Positions 1-14,355 of a DNA stretch of 64,000 nucleotides are shown one piece after another. The notes beneath the pieces are model-generated. The model searched no databases. It was given only the letters and a program-made list of their open reading frames with translations, and was not told the DNA's origin. Numbering within the stretch: position 1 is the stretch's first letter; each line of letters begins with the position of its first letter. The stretch covers positions 95,110,001 to 95,174,000 of the forward strand of contig NC_087436.1 in the NCBI RefSeq assembly GCF_036321535.1, written 5' to 3'. This DNA comes from Camelus dromedarius (taxonomy: Eukaryota). Made by a program: the position numbers and the translations under genes.

Positions 1-281
1 ACATCGTACTTTGTCTTTTTCTTTGCTTTGCTCCTCCTTATGCTTCAGGTCTTGTGCCCAGAAGGCGGTGGGAGAGGAAGAATGAAAAGAAAGATACAGA
101 GCTGAGAGAAATGGGTTCAAAGTGTCAGAGCTGCAGGCAGGAAATTTAGTGAGTGGGGGAAACTGCCAAAATCCTGTCTAGAGGGAGCGCATGGTCCTCT
201 TAACATGTTAGAATATACCATGCCTGCTTTTGCATTGCTACTGACTAAATATTGACTAGAACCGCTCTCCTTCTTAAACAG

Positions 282-387
282 TAGAGACCACGCAGAGGCT
301 GCCTTTGGCCCAGGTCAAGGACGTGCTTCCTCCAATACCAGAACTAGAAGCTACTTCCACAGCACATCAGCAAGATCAACACACACG
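282..387 (+). CDS. TMEM156: TMEM156 late coding exon (…VETTQRLPLAQVKDVLPPIPELEATSTAHQQDQHTR)
   Basis: Pyrimidine tract plus cag acceptor at 280-281 and gtgagt donor at 388. The translation ETTQRLPLAQVKDVLPPIPEL matches the recalled human TMEM156 C-terminus (ETTQRLPLDQVQEVLPPIPEL). The position tail-to-tail with FAM114A1 is the expected synteny. Confidence 0.88.
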
Positions 388-2336
388 GTGAGTGATGCTT
401 CAGTTTTACCAATGATTTGACTATTCATTATGAATGCGAATAGATCCAAGGAGGTATAGTTAACCCCAAACTGCATTTCTATCTGGGTGTAGGAGATAGA
501 AAGTGAGGAACTTGCAAAATCAGTTAATATGGATTAGAAAGTATGAAATAAAGTCACTATTTCCTCCAAAATTTAGGAAGGACCAGTCAACTAACCTCTT
601 GGTCTGTTGAACAACATGTGTACTGATGCACCGAGATGTCAGCTTATCCTCTGGCACTGTTTCCTGGGATTGAGTCCTCAGTCCAGCAGGCTAGTCGTTG
701 CTTCACTTGGAGCATGAAAAAAGAATGTAAATTTGTAAAGCAGAGCTACTCACTGGCCCTCAACTACTGAAATAAAAAAGCTCCTCTAAATTTAATGTTT
801 GGTAATCTAGATTAACTCACATCGATTTCCATGTATTTGAACCCAAAACTGTGATCAGATGTGTTTAGAAATTTTTTTCTTTCATTCAACAAATATTTAT
901 GAAGTAGCTATTTTGTTGAAGGCACTAATGATGACCATTGGAGAGGGTATAACAGGGAAAACAAGGGAAACTAGCATTTACTAGCATTCTTTTGTTGTGC
1001 TGGGTGGTGGTAGACCAGATCATTTACTCTTCGTAACATCTGGGTAGTTATCAGTCAAAGGTCCTGGCAGGAAACCCATGGTATGCTCACACTGAATAAC
1101 CTGGAAAGAGTTTCATAAAGGACCTATTAAACCAGGATGTGGGAAAACCAAAAAAGGAGAGTGCAGCCTCCTGGGACCAGTAACAGTGGGGCCCTGCTAC
1201 TGTCCCTAAGACTAAAGGGACAAAGAAGTCATAGAGACAGAGTCAGAGGCAGACACACACTCGCAGGTACACGCACAGAAGGAACCTGTGAGGAGGGCTG
1301 CCTGACAGCTGCTGGGGCCTTTGGTCATGGACACAACAGCCTGTGGTTGCCCTGAGGAGAGAGAATCAATGTCCCAATGTGGCTGACCTCCTTTTTCCCA
1401 CTGTAGTACTCCGCACTGGCCCAACCCACCCAGAGCGACAGGACACGAGCTAGACTGAGACAGTTCATATAGAATGGCCTCCCAGATCACCAAGCATGGT
1501 GAACAAAAGGAGAGAGCAGATCTGGAAAGGCAACCAAAGGTTTTCAGCATAGGTGGCTCAATACATCAAACTGGAAACTAAGTGCCAAGGATACCTTTGT
1601 GCTTAGGACTAGAGAGAGGCAGGGCTTCCTTAGTTCTGGGGTCTTAGTGCAGTCTGGATCTGCTGTTGGCTCAGAAATTCCTAGGGCGAATATGATGTCA
1701 TCATAGAATTGTTTTAGTGAAACGTTCCTGGATATTATGCTTGATACTTCTCATTCTAGTCCTCATTCTGGGACGTTCAACCTTGCACATGAAGAGCTCT
1801 CCTCTGTTCATTCACTACATGCTTTTTGAGCACCTACTGTGTGCCAAGAATTCTGCTACTCATTGGCAAAAAAACATGTAGTCAGTGGAGAATCAGATTA
1901 GGGAACCCCCAATTCCAACCGAGCGTCAAGTTAACATGATAGAAGCACTCATGGGGGACTTGGGGAGCAAAATGGGGAAATCCTCATTCAGAGGACATGT
2001 TGCTTAGCATTTAATAGATGTCCAATAAGTATTTGTCGAGTGAATAAATAAATCTCAACTTCTGTATCTTTCTACTAGAATCATGGACTGTTACAACCAA
2101 AGAAACCTGTGTGAACACTTTCACTTTCATTTTATAAAAGTGGAAAATAAGCCAAAATATGTAGTGGCAGAGGCAAGAGGAAACCCTAGGTTTCCTGGGT
2201 CCTAGCTGAGACGTGTACCACCCACCACTAACCTCCCTGTCTTCTTGGGGATGTAAATGAGGCTCCATTGCATTGGAAAGAGCCCTTAATCAGTGACTTT
2301 AGGAAGTTTTAGGGTGATGTTATAAGACACAGTTTT

Positions 2337-2621
2337 TTGGAAAAATTTTTCTTTATTGACATAGTCAGTTTACAATGTGTCGATTTCTGGTGTACAGCAT
2401 AATGTTTCAGTCTACATATACATCCATATGCTTGTTTTCATAGTCTTTTTCATTATAGGTTACTGCAAGATATTGAATATAGTTCCCTGGGCTATACAGA
2501 AGAAACTTGTTGTTTATCTGTTTTGTATATAGTAGTTAGTATTTGCAAATCTCGAACTCCCAATTTATCTCTTCCTGACCTCTTTCCCCTCTGGTAACCG
2601 TAAGTTTGTTTACTGTGTCTG
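2337..2621 (-). mobile_element. 5'-truncated L1 3' end
   Basis: TSD taagacacagtttt at 2323-2336 and 2622-2635; same family as 62747-63223. Confidence 0.9.
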
Positions 2622-2676
2622 TAAGACACAGTTTTAATAAATGTTTTTAAAATTGTTTTCCACTAATTATTTTCAG

Positions 2677-4010
2677 GTTAACAAGATTTTTGTGGAATCA
2701 TATTTGCCTTTTTTTTTTTTTTTTTAATCTTCAGACAATCTCTATGATTTCCTCTGGACAATCTAGACTGAACCCTTTTGAAGAGTACTCATACTTTCGT
2801 TTTGGGAATGAGGTAACTGGTAAACATTTGGTCCAGCTGAGGATGCACAATAGAACCAGTAGGAATGCTGACTGGTGGACGGAAACTAACGCGAGAGCAC
2901 TCATTAGACCCAGGAGATTAAAGGAATGAGTTTTTTCAGGAAGCCATTATGAGTCTCATGGAAAACAAGCTGATGAAACTGGTGGAAACAGTAAAAGAAT
3001 GCTTACTCTCCTTGTTTATCCATGTTTATACAGCCTACAACAGCCCCAAGATTTTGATTTTGAGGAACCAAAAACAACGTTAGGAGGAAAATCCCTCCTC
3101 TCACTGACCCACGTTGTAGATCCTGATTTGATGGGTTTGCCTTTTCAGATGGACCATTTCTATTTGGCCAATTGCTTAAGAGGACCAGGGTTGTTTGTTT
3201 ATACATTTGTTTGCATTTATAAATATTGCTTCCTTTTGGCACTGGAATTTTTTTAAAAATTCAAAGATACCAAAATAAAAGGAATTTAAGTGAAATACTT
3301 GAATATTTAAATCTAACAATACAATGTTTCCTCTGATTCTTTTGGCTTTCATCTTTTTATAGTTTTGATGGATGTCAAGAATAATTATAGTTATTAATTT
3401 ACAGTGAAAACTTGGACAAGAGGGCAGTTTTTAACTATGAAAAATAGAAGAATACCTTCCCAGAGTTAAGATGGAACTTAATCTCCTGACATCATTATAT
3501 GGTTCAAATTGCTTATCTGAGTAGATTTGCAGAGTTTAACTGCAAGATCAGGTTTGATACTAAGCAACCTAACAGGAACACATGTTCAGCACACAGAGGT
3601 GTTTTTGGTATTCCATTTTCTTTCTTTTTTTTTTTTTTTGTTAGATCACAAACTGAGATTCTAATTGTAAAATTTAGGAATTGACGATGTGGCAAATGGA
3701 ATTCTACTAGTCTCACTTTTTCTTATTTGTGTACCCCTGACTAATAGGTGAGTCAGGCTCAGGTCTGGGATTATTCAGCAGGAATTTAGGGGTGTCACAT
3801 TCTCTCAGGTACCAATATTACACAATTTCTCTGAAGCCAACTTATTGTTCCCTTGCATGTCACCTATTATGTTCTGACAAATGACTTGGAAATCAGTGGG
3901 AACTTGGCTTACAAAAGGCATAAATTAAGCTTCAAGTTCTGTTACATTGTGGCAGCTTTTAGAAGCTAATTTCACTTGTTTATTAAAATAATAAACTCTA
4001 TCAGAAACTG
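2677..4010 (+). other. TMEM156: Probable TMEM156 terminal exon (short coding tail plus 3' UTR); boundaries uncertain
   Basis: Candidate acceptors ttttcag|g (2677) and (t)n-aatcttcag|a (2735). Non-repetitive AT-rich sequence follows, with AATAAA at 3274 and 3990. Confidence 0.5.
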
Positions 4011-7000
4011 TGAAGCACTGAAAGATGTAGCTGGCCTACTGTCTGCCCACAAGGATCTTATGATGTGGTGGAGGAGACAGCACACGTGTGCCGCTAGTTG
4101 TGACACTAGACGAAAGGATAAATGTCATTAACATTCCCAGCTTCCTGCTGGGAATTCACAGGCCAAAGGAATCATTTCCAGTTGCAGGTAATTAGGACAG
4201 CTTCTCAGGAGGGCCACTATCAAGCAGGGTCCAGAAGATGGCTTTTTCTGATCTCTTAGTATAAGTCAAATCTCCCGTTTTACACGTTCTCAACCCTCAT
4301 GGTTCCTTCCGTATCTGTCATTTACAATTATTTTCATGGTTGTTAACTAATGTCTGGCTCCCTCTCTAGACTGATTCTGCTCACCCTAGTATCTCTGGCA
4401 GCTGGTAGAATGCTCGGCTCACAGTAGGCATTTAATAAATATTTGTTGGATAAAGGACTATTTATTGAGCCTTCCACCCCATACATTAGGCACATGCCAT
4501 GTATACTTATTTCTTTCTCACAACTGCTCTCAAGACAGGTATCGTCACTCCCGAGGAAGCTGAGGTCAAGGAAAGCTCAGCAATTTGCCTGCTCTCTGGA
4601 CTAATATTTGGATTTAGTCGAGGTCTTTGGGACTGCGAAAACTTGCTGCTCCCAGTACTTGCAATGCAGGGTAGAGATGGGACAAAAGGGAGGAGGATGC
4701 TCTGAAGGGGTGCCCGAGAAAAGGGGCTCCAGCTCAGAGCACCAGCACGGTGCTCTCCTGGGGGTGCGAGGAGGCTGGGTGGACCGTGCCCTTGAAGGAG
4801 ACCTCTGCCCGGAACTGCTGCATGGGTGCTGGTCCTGCGTGTCTCCCTTAGCCTGGCAGTTCTGCTCTCCTCCCCGCCCACCTGGGTCCCATAGAAACCA
4901 ACCTGTGCTCCTTGGTGCCTGGTGTAATTCCTGGCTTCCAATCTGCACCACTGAGCCTGATGTTTAGCACACTCTGCTCTTTTCAACTAGCTCCCAGTCT
5001 GACGTTGACTCACCTCGCATCCCCTCCCTAGGACTTACAGCTTCGTCGTGTGTCTGCGGCTCTCACCGCAGGCTTCCCTTCCCAGCTGTGACCCACACTC
5101 ACCTCTTTGCCCTCTGTGTCCTGCTGAGTGGCCAGGACCCCAGCCCGCCATGCGAAGGAATTCAGGTGCAGATTGGAGGGGCAGAGAGGAATCAGGGCAC
5201 TCTGCTGGAAGGCTGCCTGCATCCAGTCTCTGCAGACACAGTGGAATCAGAGTGGTAGGAAGAGGGGTAGGTAGATGAGAGGCTATGAAGAATTGGTGAC
5301 ACCTGGCAAATGATTTGATGCACGTGCGGGAGGGACGGTGGGGCAGGAAAAGAGGGAGAGAACAGATACAGAGGACAACCTTCCTGATCTTTGTGGGAAA
5401 AACAATAATGCCCAAACTGACAGCTGTTAGTTCTGGTTTCTAGAAAGATTTTCATTTTCCAGAGGATTCCCTTCAAACTTGACTTTCATCCTAGTTTTAA
5501 ATTCTACTTCCCTCACCCTCTACCCTGAATACTTAGTCATCCTGGACGGAGCAGTCATTCTTCAGACCACCTTGCTCCTTCTGCCTCTTTTCTGACTGTG
5601 GCATCTGCCCGTTTCCTCCCATCTGCAGAAATCGTCTCCACCCTTCAAAGGCAGATAGTCTACCTTGTCCATGGAGCATCCCCTGCTGACTCCAAATGGA
5701 ATGATATCTCTTTACTGTGCTTCCCTGGGATTTAACCCTCTTGCCAGGGTACTTCTCACATCCTGCCTCATACCGCACTAGTTATACTTACGTATGTCTC
5801 CCCAACAGACTGTGAGTGAGAGTGGGAACCGCATCATCTCCAGCTGACAGGTACCCAGAGCTCCCTGCCCACTCCTCCCTTAAGATACTCATCTTGGTAA
5901 TGGAGCTTGACAGATGTTGGCTGTAAATTCAGCATAGTGGTTAGCTCTCAGGGGATGGGGAAGGGGATGGGGCTGGACATCGACATTCCAGGAACTTCTA
6001 ACACAATGGTAATGTTCTTTTATAAACTTGGTGGTAGGTGTATGGAAGTCATTGTGTCATGATTCTATGTAGCTTACATGTTTTAAAATATACTTTTGTA
6101 CCTACCTACTCTAAATTTAATAAAACCAAATTTCCCAAGAGACAAATATTGTATAAATTACATCTTCCTTTCTCCTTCTGTCTGTCTATCTTTCACTCTC
6201 CCAACCGTATTTCTTTCCCTTCATGTAAAATACAGTAGAATAAAGACTTGGACTCAATTTTCTGGCATTTAATTTCCATAATTTGACCTTGTTATTTCCT
6301 TCTCTGTCTCTTTTTAAATTTTACTTCTTTTTTTTTCCTGTCTACATCTTTCTCAACCATCTCCAAGTATTGGTGCTATTCTGATGAGTGGCAATTTTAG
6401 GATACCAAGTGGAAGGAAGTTCTTACGTTTTTAAAATCTAAATAAGGTATGTTGTTGATTAACCTAGAGATATGACAACCAAAAGAAACAGTTAAAAATC
6501 CTCTATGAACTGGGAATCATGTACTTTAGTAAAGATAGAGTAGTCTAGAAGCTTCTGTGATTTGCAGATGAAGTAGGCATATAGAAGCAGGGGACATTTG
6601 GCAAAAAATAATACTTTACAAAATCCTTTGAATGAGGTATTCCACTCCCCACCCCCACCCCCAAGAGTTAAGGCTGTCAGAGGGAACTATGGAGACAAAT
6701 TTATTGCTGACTGGGAGAGTATTTTGTGGGTTATCAGCTGAGATATTTTCATCTGCAAATAATAACAAGCCCAAGCCAGAATGATATAAGTTATAAGATT
6801 TACTGTCTTACCTATAGAACCAATAGAAGTTCTGAATAGGGTGTTTTCCAAACTGGGAAACTCAAGAACTCACATCACCAAGTGCCTGGGTTCCTCCCTC
6901 CTTTTCCCCTCTGCCATCTTCAACTTGTTGGCTTTTGTCTTCAGGCTTCCCCTCTTAGGCTTGTATTAAGTGGTGGTGGCACAGCACCAGCAATCATCAC

Positions 7001-8689
7001 AGTCTTACACCACGATTCCTTTTTAAGAGTAAAGAAAGCTTTATAAGGAGCCCCATCCTGGAAAGGTTTCTCCTCATGTCAGATCATCTAGAATTGGGTC
7101 ACAGACTCACCCTTAAATCTACTGATGACAGGGGAATTGGGACCATCATGACTCGTTTAGAAGGATCAAGATTTGCCTGGTTCTCAAGGAGGGGAGAGGA
7201 ACTGACCATCAGAATGAAAACAGGGCTCTGTATACGTGGAAGAAGAGGAAATGACTGTTGGGTGCCTCTGTGAATGTTCCTCCTCAATTCCAAGGAGATG
7301 TGCGGAGAGAAACTGACTAAAAACAAAACACAGACTTGTTTCTCCCCCTAGAACGATTCTGGAGTGCATGCTCAGGCTGTTCGTCAAGCATGTGTCATTG
7401 CCTCACATTTCGTGATGGTGTCTACAATATCATCATGGGGCTATTAGCTCCCTCCAAAGACATGTCTATTTGCAGATGGACTGTGAAAATAGTCCACCTG
7501 TTTCCATATAGAAAAGTGATGTCAGTGTGTGATATTACAAAGGCAGGCACACCATTTGTAGTGAAGAACTGCCTGGTGGTCACCACCTTTCCTTTGAAAT
7601 CTTATGCCACTTTCCTCTTAGGGAACTACCTCTTGCCTATTGAATGATATCTCGATGAAACTGTAAATCTAGGTTTCTTGCCCATTAGTCAAGGGGGGGG
7701 TCATGTGACCAATTTGACCAGCTATCTCAGGACTTCCATTTATAGTGACATGAGGGTGAAAAAAAAAAAACGATTTGAGTTTCTTCATTCCAGCAGCTAA
7801 GTTATTCCTCTTTTAAGACACCTCAGTATCTCCCTACACCCACCAAACTGCCTTGGTTCTGAGCCTGGCTCTCCAGCCTTCCCTTGGACTCCATGAGCTA
7901 CCAGTGACCTCTTTGCAAAGAGATCTTTTTCCTGCTTTAGTTTCCAGAGCTGGTTTCTGTTGCCTGCTAGATACAGCATCTAACATCTACTTTATTTCAT
8001 AAAGTCATAGGATGTCTGAGCTGTAAGAAATCTTATAGATCATCTGGTCAATGCCCTGATTTTACAGCTGAGGAAACTGAAGCTTCTAGAAGATGAGGGT
8101 TTCACCCAAGGTCACATCACAGAGCTTTTCAGTGACAGAACTGGGAATAAGACGGTGTCTCCTTTGTTCAGGGTAATGCAGTCTGCTTTTGATTTTAATT
8201 CCTTTTTAGTATAAACTACAGCCTGCCTTTCTCCTCTCTCTCTCTCTCATGCTTAATACAGAATAATGACTTTAAAAATCTTCATTTCCCACACCCCTAA
8301 ACTGACAATTTGATTTGTGTGGTTAAAAAATTTGCTTCAGAGATAGTCCTTTCAGGGATTTGGCATCTGGTAAAGACAGGCATCAGTTTACATCCTTATA
8401 TGGAGCCTTAATTCTTTCCAGTTATCTATAAATGTTTATTTTCCCCTTGAAATTCATGTTTGGAAAGGAAGTAGTTTGCTCTAGGGAAATATATGGGCAA
8501 AGGTTCTGAAAGTGATTATCTACCATTTTTAACTCTAGCTTCATTTGGGGAGAGCCTTCCTCAACTCCTACTAAAAGATATATATTTGCATTATTTTTTC
8601 AGTTGCTTTAGGGCAGTCAAAGCTCATACAATGGCTGCCAAAATAGCCCAAGGTTAAAGTCAGAGTTGGTGAGCAGTTTAATACTACTA

Positions 8690-8920
8690 CTACTAATTAT
8701 GTGCCAGGCACTATTTTAAGCACTAAGAATATATCAGTTATCTCATGTTACCTCACAATACTAGGAGGTAAGTTCTCTCATCAGCATCCCAATTTAAAGG
8801 TGAAGAAATTAAGGCAAAGAGAGGTTAAGTAACTTGCTCAAGGACACATAGATTTAAGTGGCAGAGTTGAGATTTGAACTCAGGTGGTCTGGGTTTAAAG
8901 TTTATGCCCTTAACCCTCTG
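8690..8920 (-). mobile_element. MIR SINE (representative; similar copies near 8005, 15910, 16960, 23500, 26590, 34400, 36250, 38850, 41505, 48230, 52200, 55160-55590)
   Basis: tatgtgccaggcacta…gaggttaagtaacttgctcaagg…gatttgaactcagg MIR core. Confidence 0.8.
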
Positions 8921-10245
8921 CTCTGATGCACCTTAATCATGGAATCTCTCTCTATGGAGGTAAAAGTAGATTCATTTTCTTAGGGAAAAAAGATTGTCCA
9001 ATGCTTCTCATAATTCCTTCTAGCATGGGGTTCTGTAGCATGAATTTCTTGAGTTCCAGTCACTCTTGGAGTGTATACTTGTCAGCACTCCTCTACCACA
9101 AGTACTCCTACACCACAAATGCTTTCTTGTCTCTACCCAGGTAGTAAGGTACGTCTAAAGAACTCAATTATTTGGTAGTTGTGAGAGGAACTGCACAGAA
9201 TGAAGCTTTTTGCTTTGAATGCTCATAAAATAGATCAAAAGTAAATTGTTTAATAGATTATTTAAAAGCATTAAATTCTTTGAACTCATATCAAGATGCC
9301 CTGTGGTGAAAGATATTAATTACAATGCAAAACACCCAAATATTGATGAGAAAAGGCTGTGAACTAAGTGCCTGGAAAGTCCCTTTCTGCTTACTGGGTT
9401 CGAAACACATTTTTCTACTTGAAATTAGTCACAGAGAGACAGGAAATCATCTCTGTTCTCCTTCCTATTTTGGCAAATGGACAATGTAAGTTTTATTTTT
9501 AAGCAATTTATCATAACAAAGTTCCACTATGTCAAAATAAATCAACCGTGCTTAATGATTATATCATAGTGAGATTTTTTTCAGAGTGAAAAATTCAGTA
9601 GAAAAAAAAGGGTGTTTTTAAAAATTGTCTATTTTATTCCAGCTATCTAAATAAAAGGCTAATATAGGAAGAAAAATTCATTATTCAGTAGTAGTTGTTG
9701 CTTTTTTAACAAAATAATTAGATCAATGTGAGCAAAAAGGATCTTTTTGAATGACATGTTTTAGTGCCAGAAATTCCATCAGAGATAGAACTCACACAAG
9801 CTGTATTCTAGAGAATCTGCCAGTTTGCATGGAATGGAGAGTAGGGGAGGACCAGTAGGGAGGTAAGAGAAGGAGGGGGTTATCCTACCTCTCTTGGGAA
9901 CTGGTTGTATGAGCCCTTGTCATGTAGGCACCCCCTCCTCTGGGGATGCAGGTTGGCCTACCTGTACCCCAATACACCAGAGTGTGAGTACCAGTACCAA
10001 GTACTGGTATCTGATAGAGAAATTATGCAATAAGTGTGTGTGGACTTAATGAATGGAGTGCTATGGGAAACCCAGACAAGGGGCACCTAAATCAAGGAGG
10101 AAGACAGAAGTGAGGGAAGACTTCCTGAAGGAGGGGACACAATCTGAGTCTTAAAGAATAAGTTGGCCAGGATGGAAGGAACATACATACAGTCACTCAG
10201 GCAGTTGTGTTCCGAAAAGGGGGGCCTAATTTAAGATCTCTGTGT

Positions 10246-10251
<6 letters not shown>

Positions 10252-10313
<62 letters not shown>
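10252..10313. repeat. (CA)n microsatellite
   Basis: Seen directly; others at about 18448-18485, 28588-28629 (TG) and 31301-31356 (GA). Confidence 0.95.
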
Positions 10314-10315
<2 letters not shown>

Positions 10316-11377
10316 GCTCCTACCGAGCAAGAGACAGAAGCATACTCTCTTTGCAAATAGTAATAACCATGCTATTCTCTTTCAAGGACACTGCAGTAAT
10401 TAACGTGGGAGAGAACTGGGCTTTGTTAAGCTTGAGAATGTCAGAGTTCTGCAGGAGAAAACTGACAATACTGTGATCTATTGTGATATTTTTCACACTC
10501 TATAATTTAAGCTTGTAACTGCTTAACCAATTAAAGATTAAGCAGGCAGACTTTAAATGGTACTACACAACTGAAAGAATGATTTATTACACACAAGGAT
10601 ATTGGAAGAGAGGGAAGCCAGATTGCAGAGGAACACCACTGTCGGTAGCTGTTAATTGGGGCTACAGATCTAGGCTTCCCTGTTCAACTTTGAGAGAAGC
10701 CGCACCTTCAGTCCCACTTTTGGAGAGTTCCAATGCACAGTAATAATCTGAAACGTTTGGGAAGTCCCTTGAGTTTGTTTTTTTTTTTTAAATCTTTATT
10801 AATGGTTAAACACACTTCCCAGGAATATTCTTTTTTTTTCTCTTCCCAATTAACCCTGAATACCAGTTTTTGAATCATTGCAGTAAGAGAATGGAGACAC
10901 TGGAGGAAATGTCATCCCTCTTTTGGGGTTATACAATAGCCAGTTTTTTAAAAGTTCAGTCGAAGGTAAATTCCATTAAAGCACAATTTGTGCTAACGCT
11001 GCTACGCTGATTTCAGGAATGCACTGGTCTATGACGTTATCCGTACTGTTGAATCCCTCAGTTCATATGGTCCCCTCACGGGCTCCAATCAACGCAGGGT
11101 AGCAGCCGCACAAGGTAAATTGCCAGTACATAGAGCTGAGAGGGAGCATGGTGCAAGGGGCACATTAAGTTGGTGAGGAATTGATGAAAGTACCTGAAAA
11201 GGTAGGCAGGGACCTGACTATAAAGGGCTTTGGGTATTTTCCTGAATGCTGGGGTCAGTCAATGAAAGTGTCAATTAGGGGAGTAACCAGATTTGCACTC
11301 TTAGAGAGTGTATGTTGACACTACCATTATGGGTGGCTAGAGGGAGACCAAGACCCACGCTGACCCCAAGTTGGTAT

Positions 11378-11953
11378 TGTAGGGGATCAAAATGATTTTC
11401 CCTCTACCTTTCTGAGTTCTTAGCTGAGACTTGTAATAAAAGGCAGATTGACAAGAGAAAACAATCAGATCAGAAGTTTATTAGCATGTAACCTCATGTA
11501 CGGGTGATACCCAGGGAAAAATGAGTAACTCAAAGAGGTGGCTTAAAATTCAGACTTAAGTGTTACCATAATAAGGAGAAGGAAGAGGGACGTCAACCTC
11601 TTTGTGGAGAGTAAATGATTTTTGGGAAAGATGAATAGGCCCTTAGAGGAATAGGTGAGACGTTTGATAGTTTGTGATGGTGTTGACTTCCAGTCTCCTC
11701 TCCTGTGATAAGAGTCAATCTTCCCTGGTTGATGAAATTCCTGGTGTGGGGAATCTATGATAACTGAGCTCCTTTTGGAAGCTCTGTCTTCAGACAGATA
11801 AGTGAAATTCAGAGGAAGACTTTCCCTGTATTTGCTGTTTTTTCAAGTGCCTAGAGCTCACAATAATCAACATACCACAGCAGCATATTGGGGGATGGCG
11901 TGTCCTGAATTCCTGCAGTCATATATTGGGGTGGCATATGCTGCTCCCCTTCA
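11378..11953 (-). mobile_element. ERV1 solo LTR (MER34A-like)
   Basis: tgtagggg…ccccttca ends with 4-bp TSD gtat (11374-77 and 11954-57). The reverse complement begins TGAAGGGGAGCAGCATATGCCACCCCAATAT, as in recalled MER34-family LTRs. Confidence 0.8.
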
Positions 11954-14355
11954 GTATCTATCACACCAGTTCATAGGAATGATGACAAGAAAGGGAAACA
12001 AGACTGAGGCAATGGGGTGGAGGAAGAGACACAAAGAAGTAATTGACAGCACTTGGAAACTGATTGGGTGTTGAGGGTGAAGAAAAGCAAGAGCCTGGGG
12101 TGATAGCTAGGCTTCTGGCAGAAGTAACACTAAGCATCCAACTAAGACAGAGAACATAGGAGGAAGGGGAAAGATAATTTCCATTCAGACATGTTCAGAT
12201 TAAGTTTACTGGGACCCCCCAGATACTGATGTACAGGTGTCTGGTAGGAAGCTGACTTTATGAATGGAATTCAGGAGTGATATCAGGGTTCCAGGTAGAA
12301 ATTTGGGGGTCATCAACCTATAGTTGGGTGGTTGCAGAAATCACGGATATACCTAGTGGATTTTTTTGCTCCAACTGATTAATGTAATTTTGGCTGAGAG
12401 AACTGCAAAGTGAATTTCAAACTGAATCCTATTTTACTTGGTAGAGTGCACGACAGTTGCAATGAATGTTGTGGATTGACTGGATGAATATATGGATGAA
12501 GGGCTGATTGAATGAATGAAGGGTATAGGCCTATGAAAATCAATAGATATTTTCCTCTTTTACTTTACTTCATGATTTGTTTCACTTTTAGCTCTGGAAA
12601 GAAGAAAAAATATAACTCAAAGAAGCAAAAAGGCAACAATAGAGGGATTGTTAGGATGCAGTACATGGAAGACTTTATTCCTGCTCTTAAAAATCAATGA
12701 GCCTTTCATTTTTAGGCCAACTAATTTCAGACCATTTGATGTATATTGTTCCCCTGAGGTATCAGTGCCCTTGCAGTGACTGACCAACCGCTGCCTCTGC
12801 AGCAAATGCAGATGGAGATGACCAGGAAAGTGACAGACTTGTTACTGTTCAGCAAACAAACATGTTATTTTGCACATGACTTTCTTTGAGTGCGAGTCTC
12901 TACATTTTTGGCCAGAAATCAAGTGATTTTAAAGGAAAGAGAGATGTGGAATCTCAGGCATTGGCTTGTAACACCCATATCTTATTATAAATGGCCATAC
13001 TATGGCCCCAGGGGCCGCAGAATAGCCCAAGGCTCCTTAATAATCAATCACACCACCATCAAGGCAACAGATAGGGCAGGTGGGAAACAAGTCTTCCCAT
13101 TGATGGATGATTTTTACCTTCCCATGGAAAAGTAGTTCTGATGCTTCATGAATCATTGAGGAAATAAAATGCACAGTTGTAGCCCCAAATGGTCAAAATG
13201 TTTTCATAACTCACTATGGGCACCAAATGGTTTGGGCAGTGCCAAGTAAATTACAAATCCATTTTGTAGTTCAGGAAGGTCATTAGGACTCAGATTCATT
13301 ATCTGCTGAGGCTTTTCTTTGTTTTCTATTTATTATTTTGAGTGAAATGGAGCTGTAGGAGCAGAGCAGAGACCTCAGTTCATTCAGCCCTGACACATTA
13401 TTTGTGTCTACAATTTCACCATAAATTTGGAGCGGGAGAGACAGAAATGGCAAATACAGAGATTTAAATCCCCTTGTGCTACATTTGTCAGGATGAGCAG
13501 ATTGCAAACTGCCTCTTGCAAATATGATACACATTTGGGGATCAAGCTAATAACTGTGAACCACAGATTCATTCATTTCTGTGGTGTTTCCCTCCAGAAG
13601 TTTCTAAAATTGCTTCTGTAGCCATTACATAGATGTAGAGCTGTTCAGGTTTAGAGGAAGATTAGAGACACAACCTGGCTAAAGAAGTTGGCTCTTTCCA
13701 GTGAGATGGAAATGACATACTTTTCTGTTTATACCATCGGAGTCTTCACAAACTATGCATTTAGAATACTTGGTTTGGGCTTTTCTATGGAGAGTAAGGA
13801 GAGACTTGTATAGTCATCAGAATGGTCTTAGAATTTTGTAGTAACATTAATGACAAAGAAATCCAGATCGTGTAGATGCTCTCACTCACACTTCTGGCCC
13901 TACTGTTGAAAAATAACCTGTGCATTTTACACTTTAAATCCCTGGCAGGGCCCTGTCCTCTCATCTCCTTCATCAGAAGCTATTTTCTTTTGCTTCTTGT
14001 TTTGATTCTTAAAAATTTCATTACAATAAATAATCCGTTTTGGAAAAACGAAAATATTTTTCATTATAAAAATATTTAAATATTACAAATAACATTGGAA
14101 TTCCCTTTGATTACTGTGTCACATTCAGATGTTCTCCCTACCCTATCCACTCTTGGTCACAAATGTTACTAATGATTTTGTGTAGATCTTTCCATATCTT
14201 CTTCTAGGAATGTGTGTGTGTGTGTGTGTGTGTTAGATATTTGTGTGTGTACATGTTATTTGAGATAAATATACTACAAGTACTATACTGTAGCTTTCTT
14301 TTTCCACTCAGTGGTGAATCTTGGAGCTCTGTTAGTACAGAGATCTGTTCCACCT

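Noticed and set aside
4499..5476. Cluster of overlapping 64-159 aa ORFs
   Set aside because: GC-rich sequence open in several frames on both strands, with no recognisable protein or exon structure.
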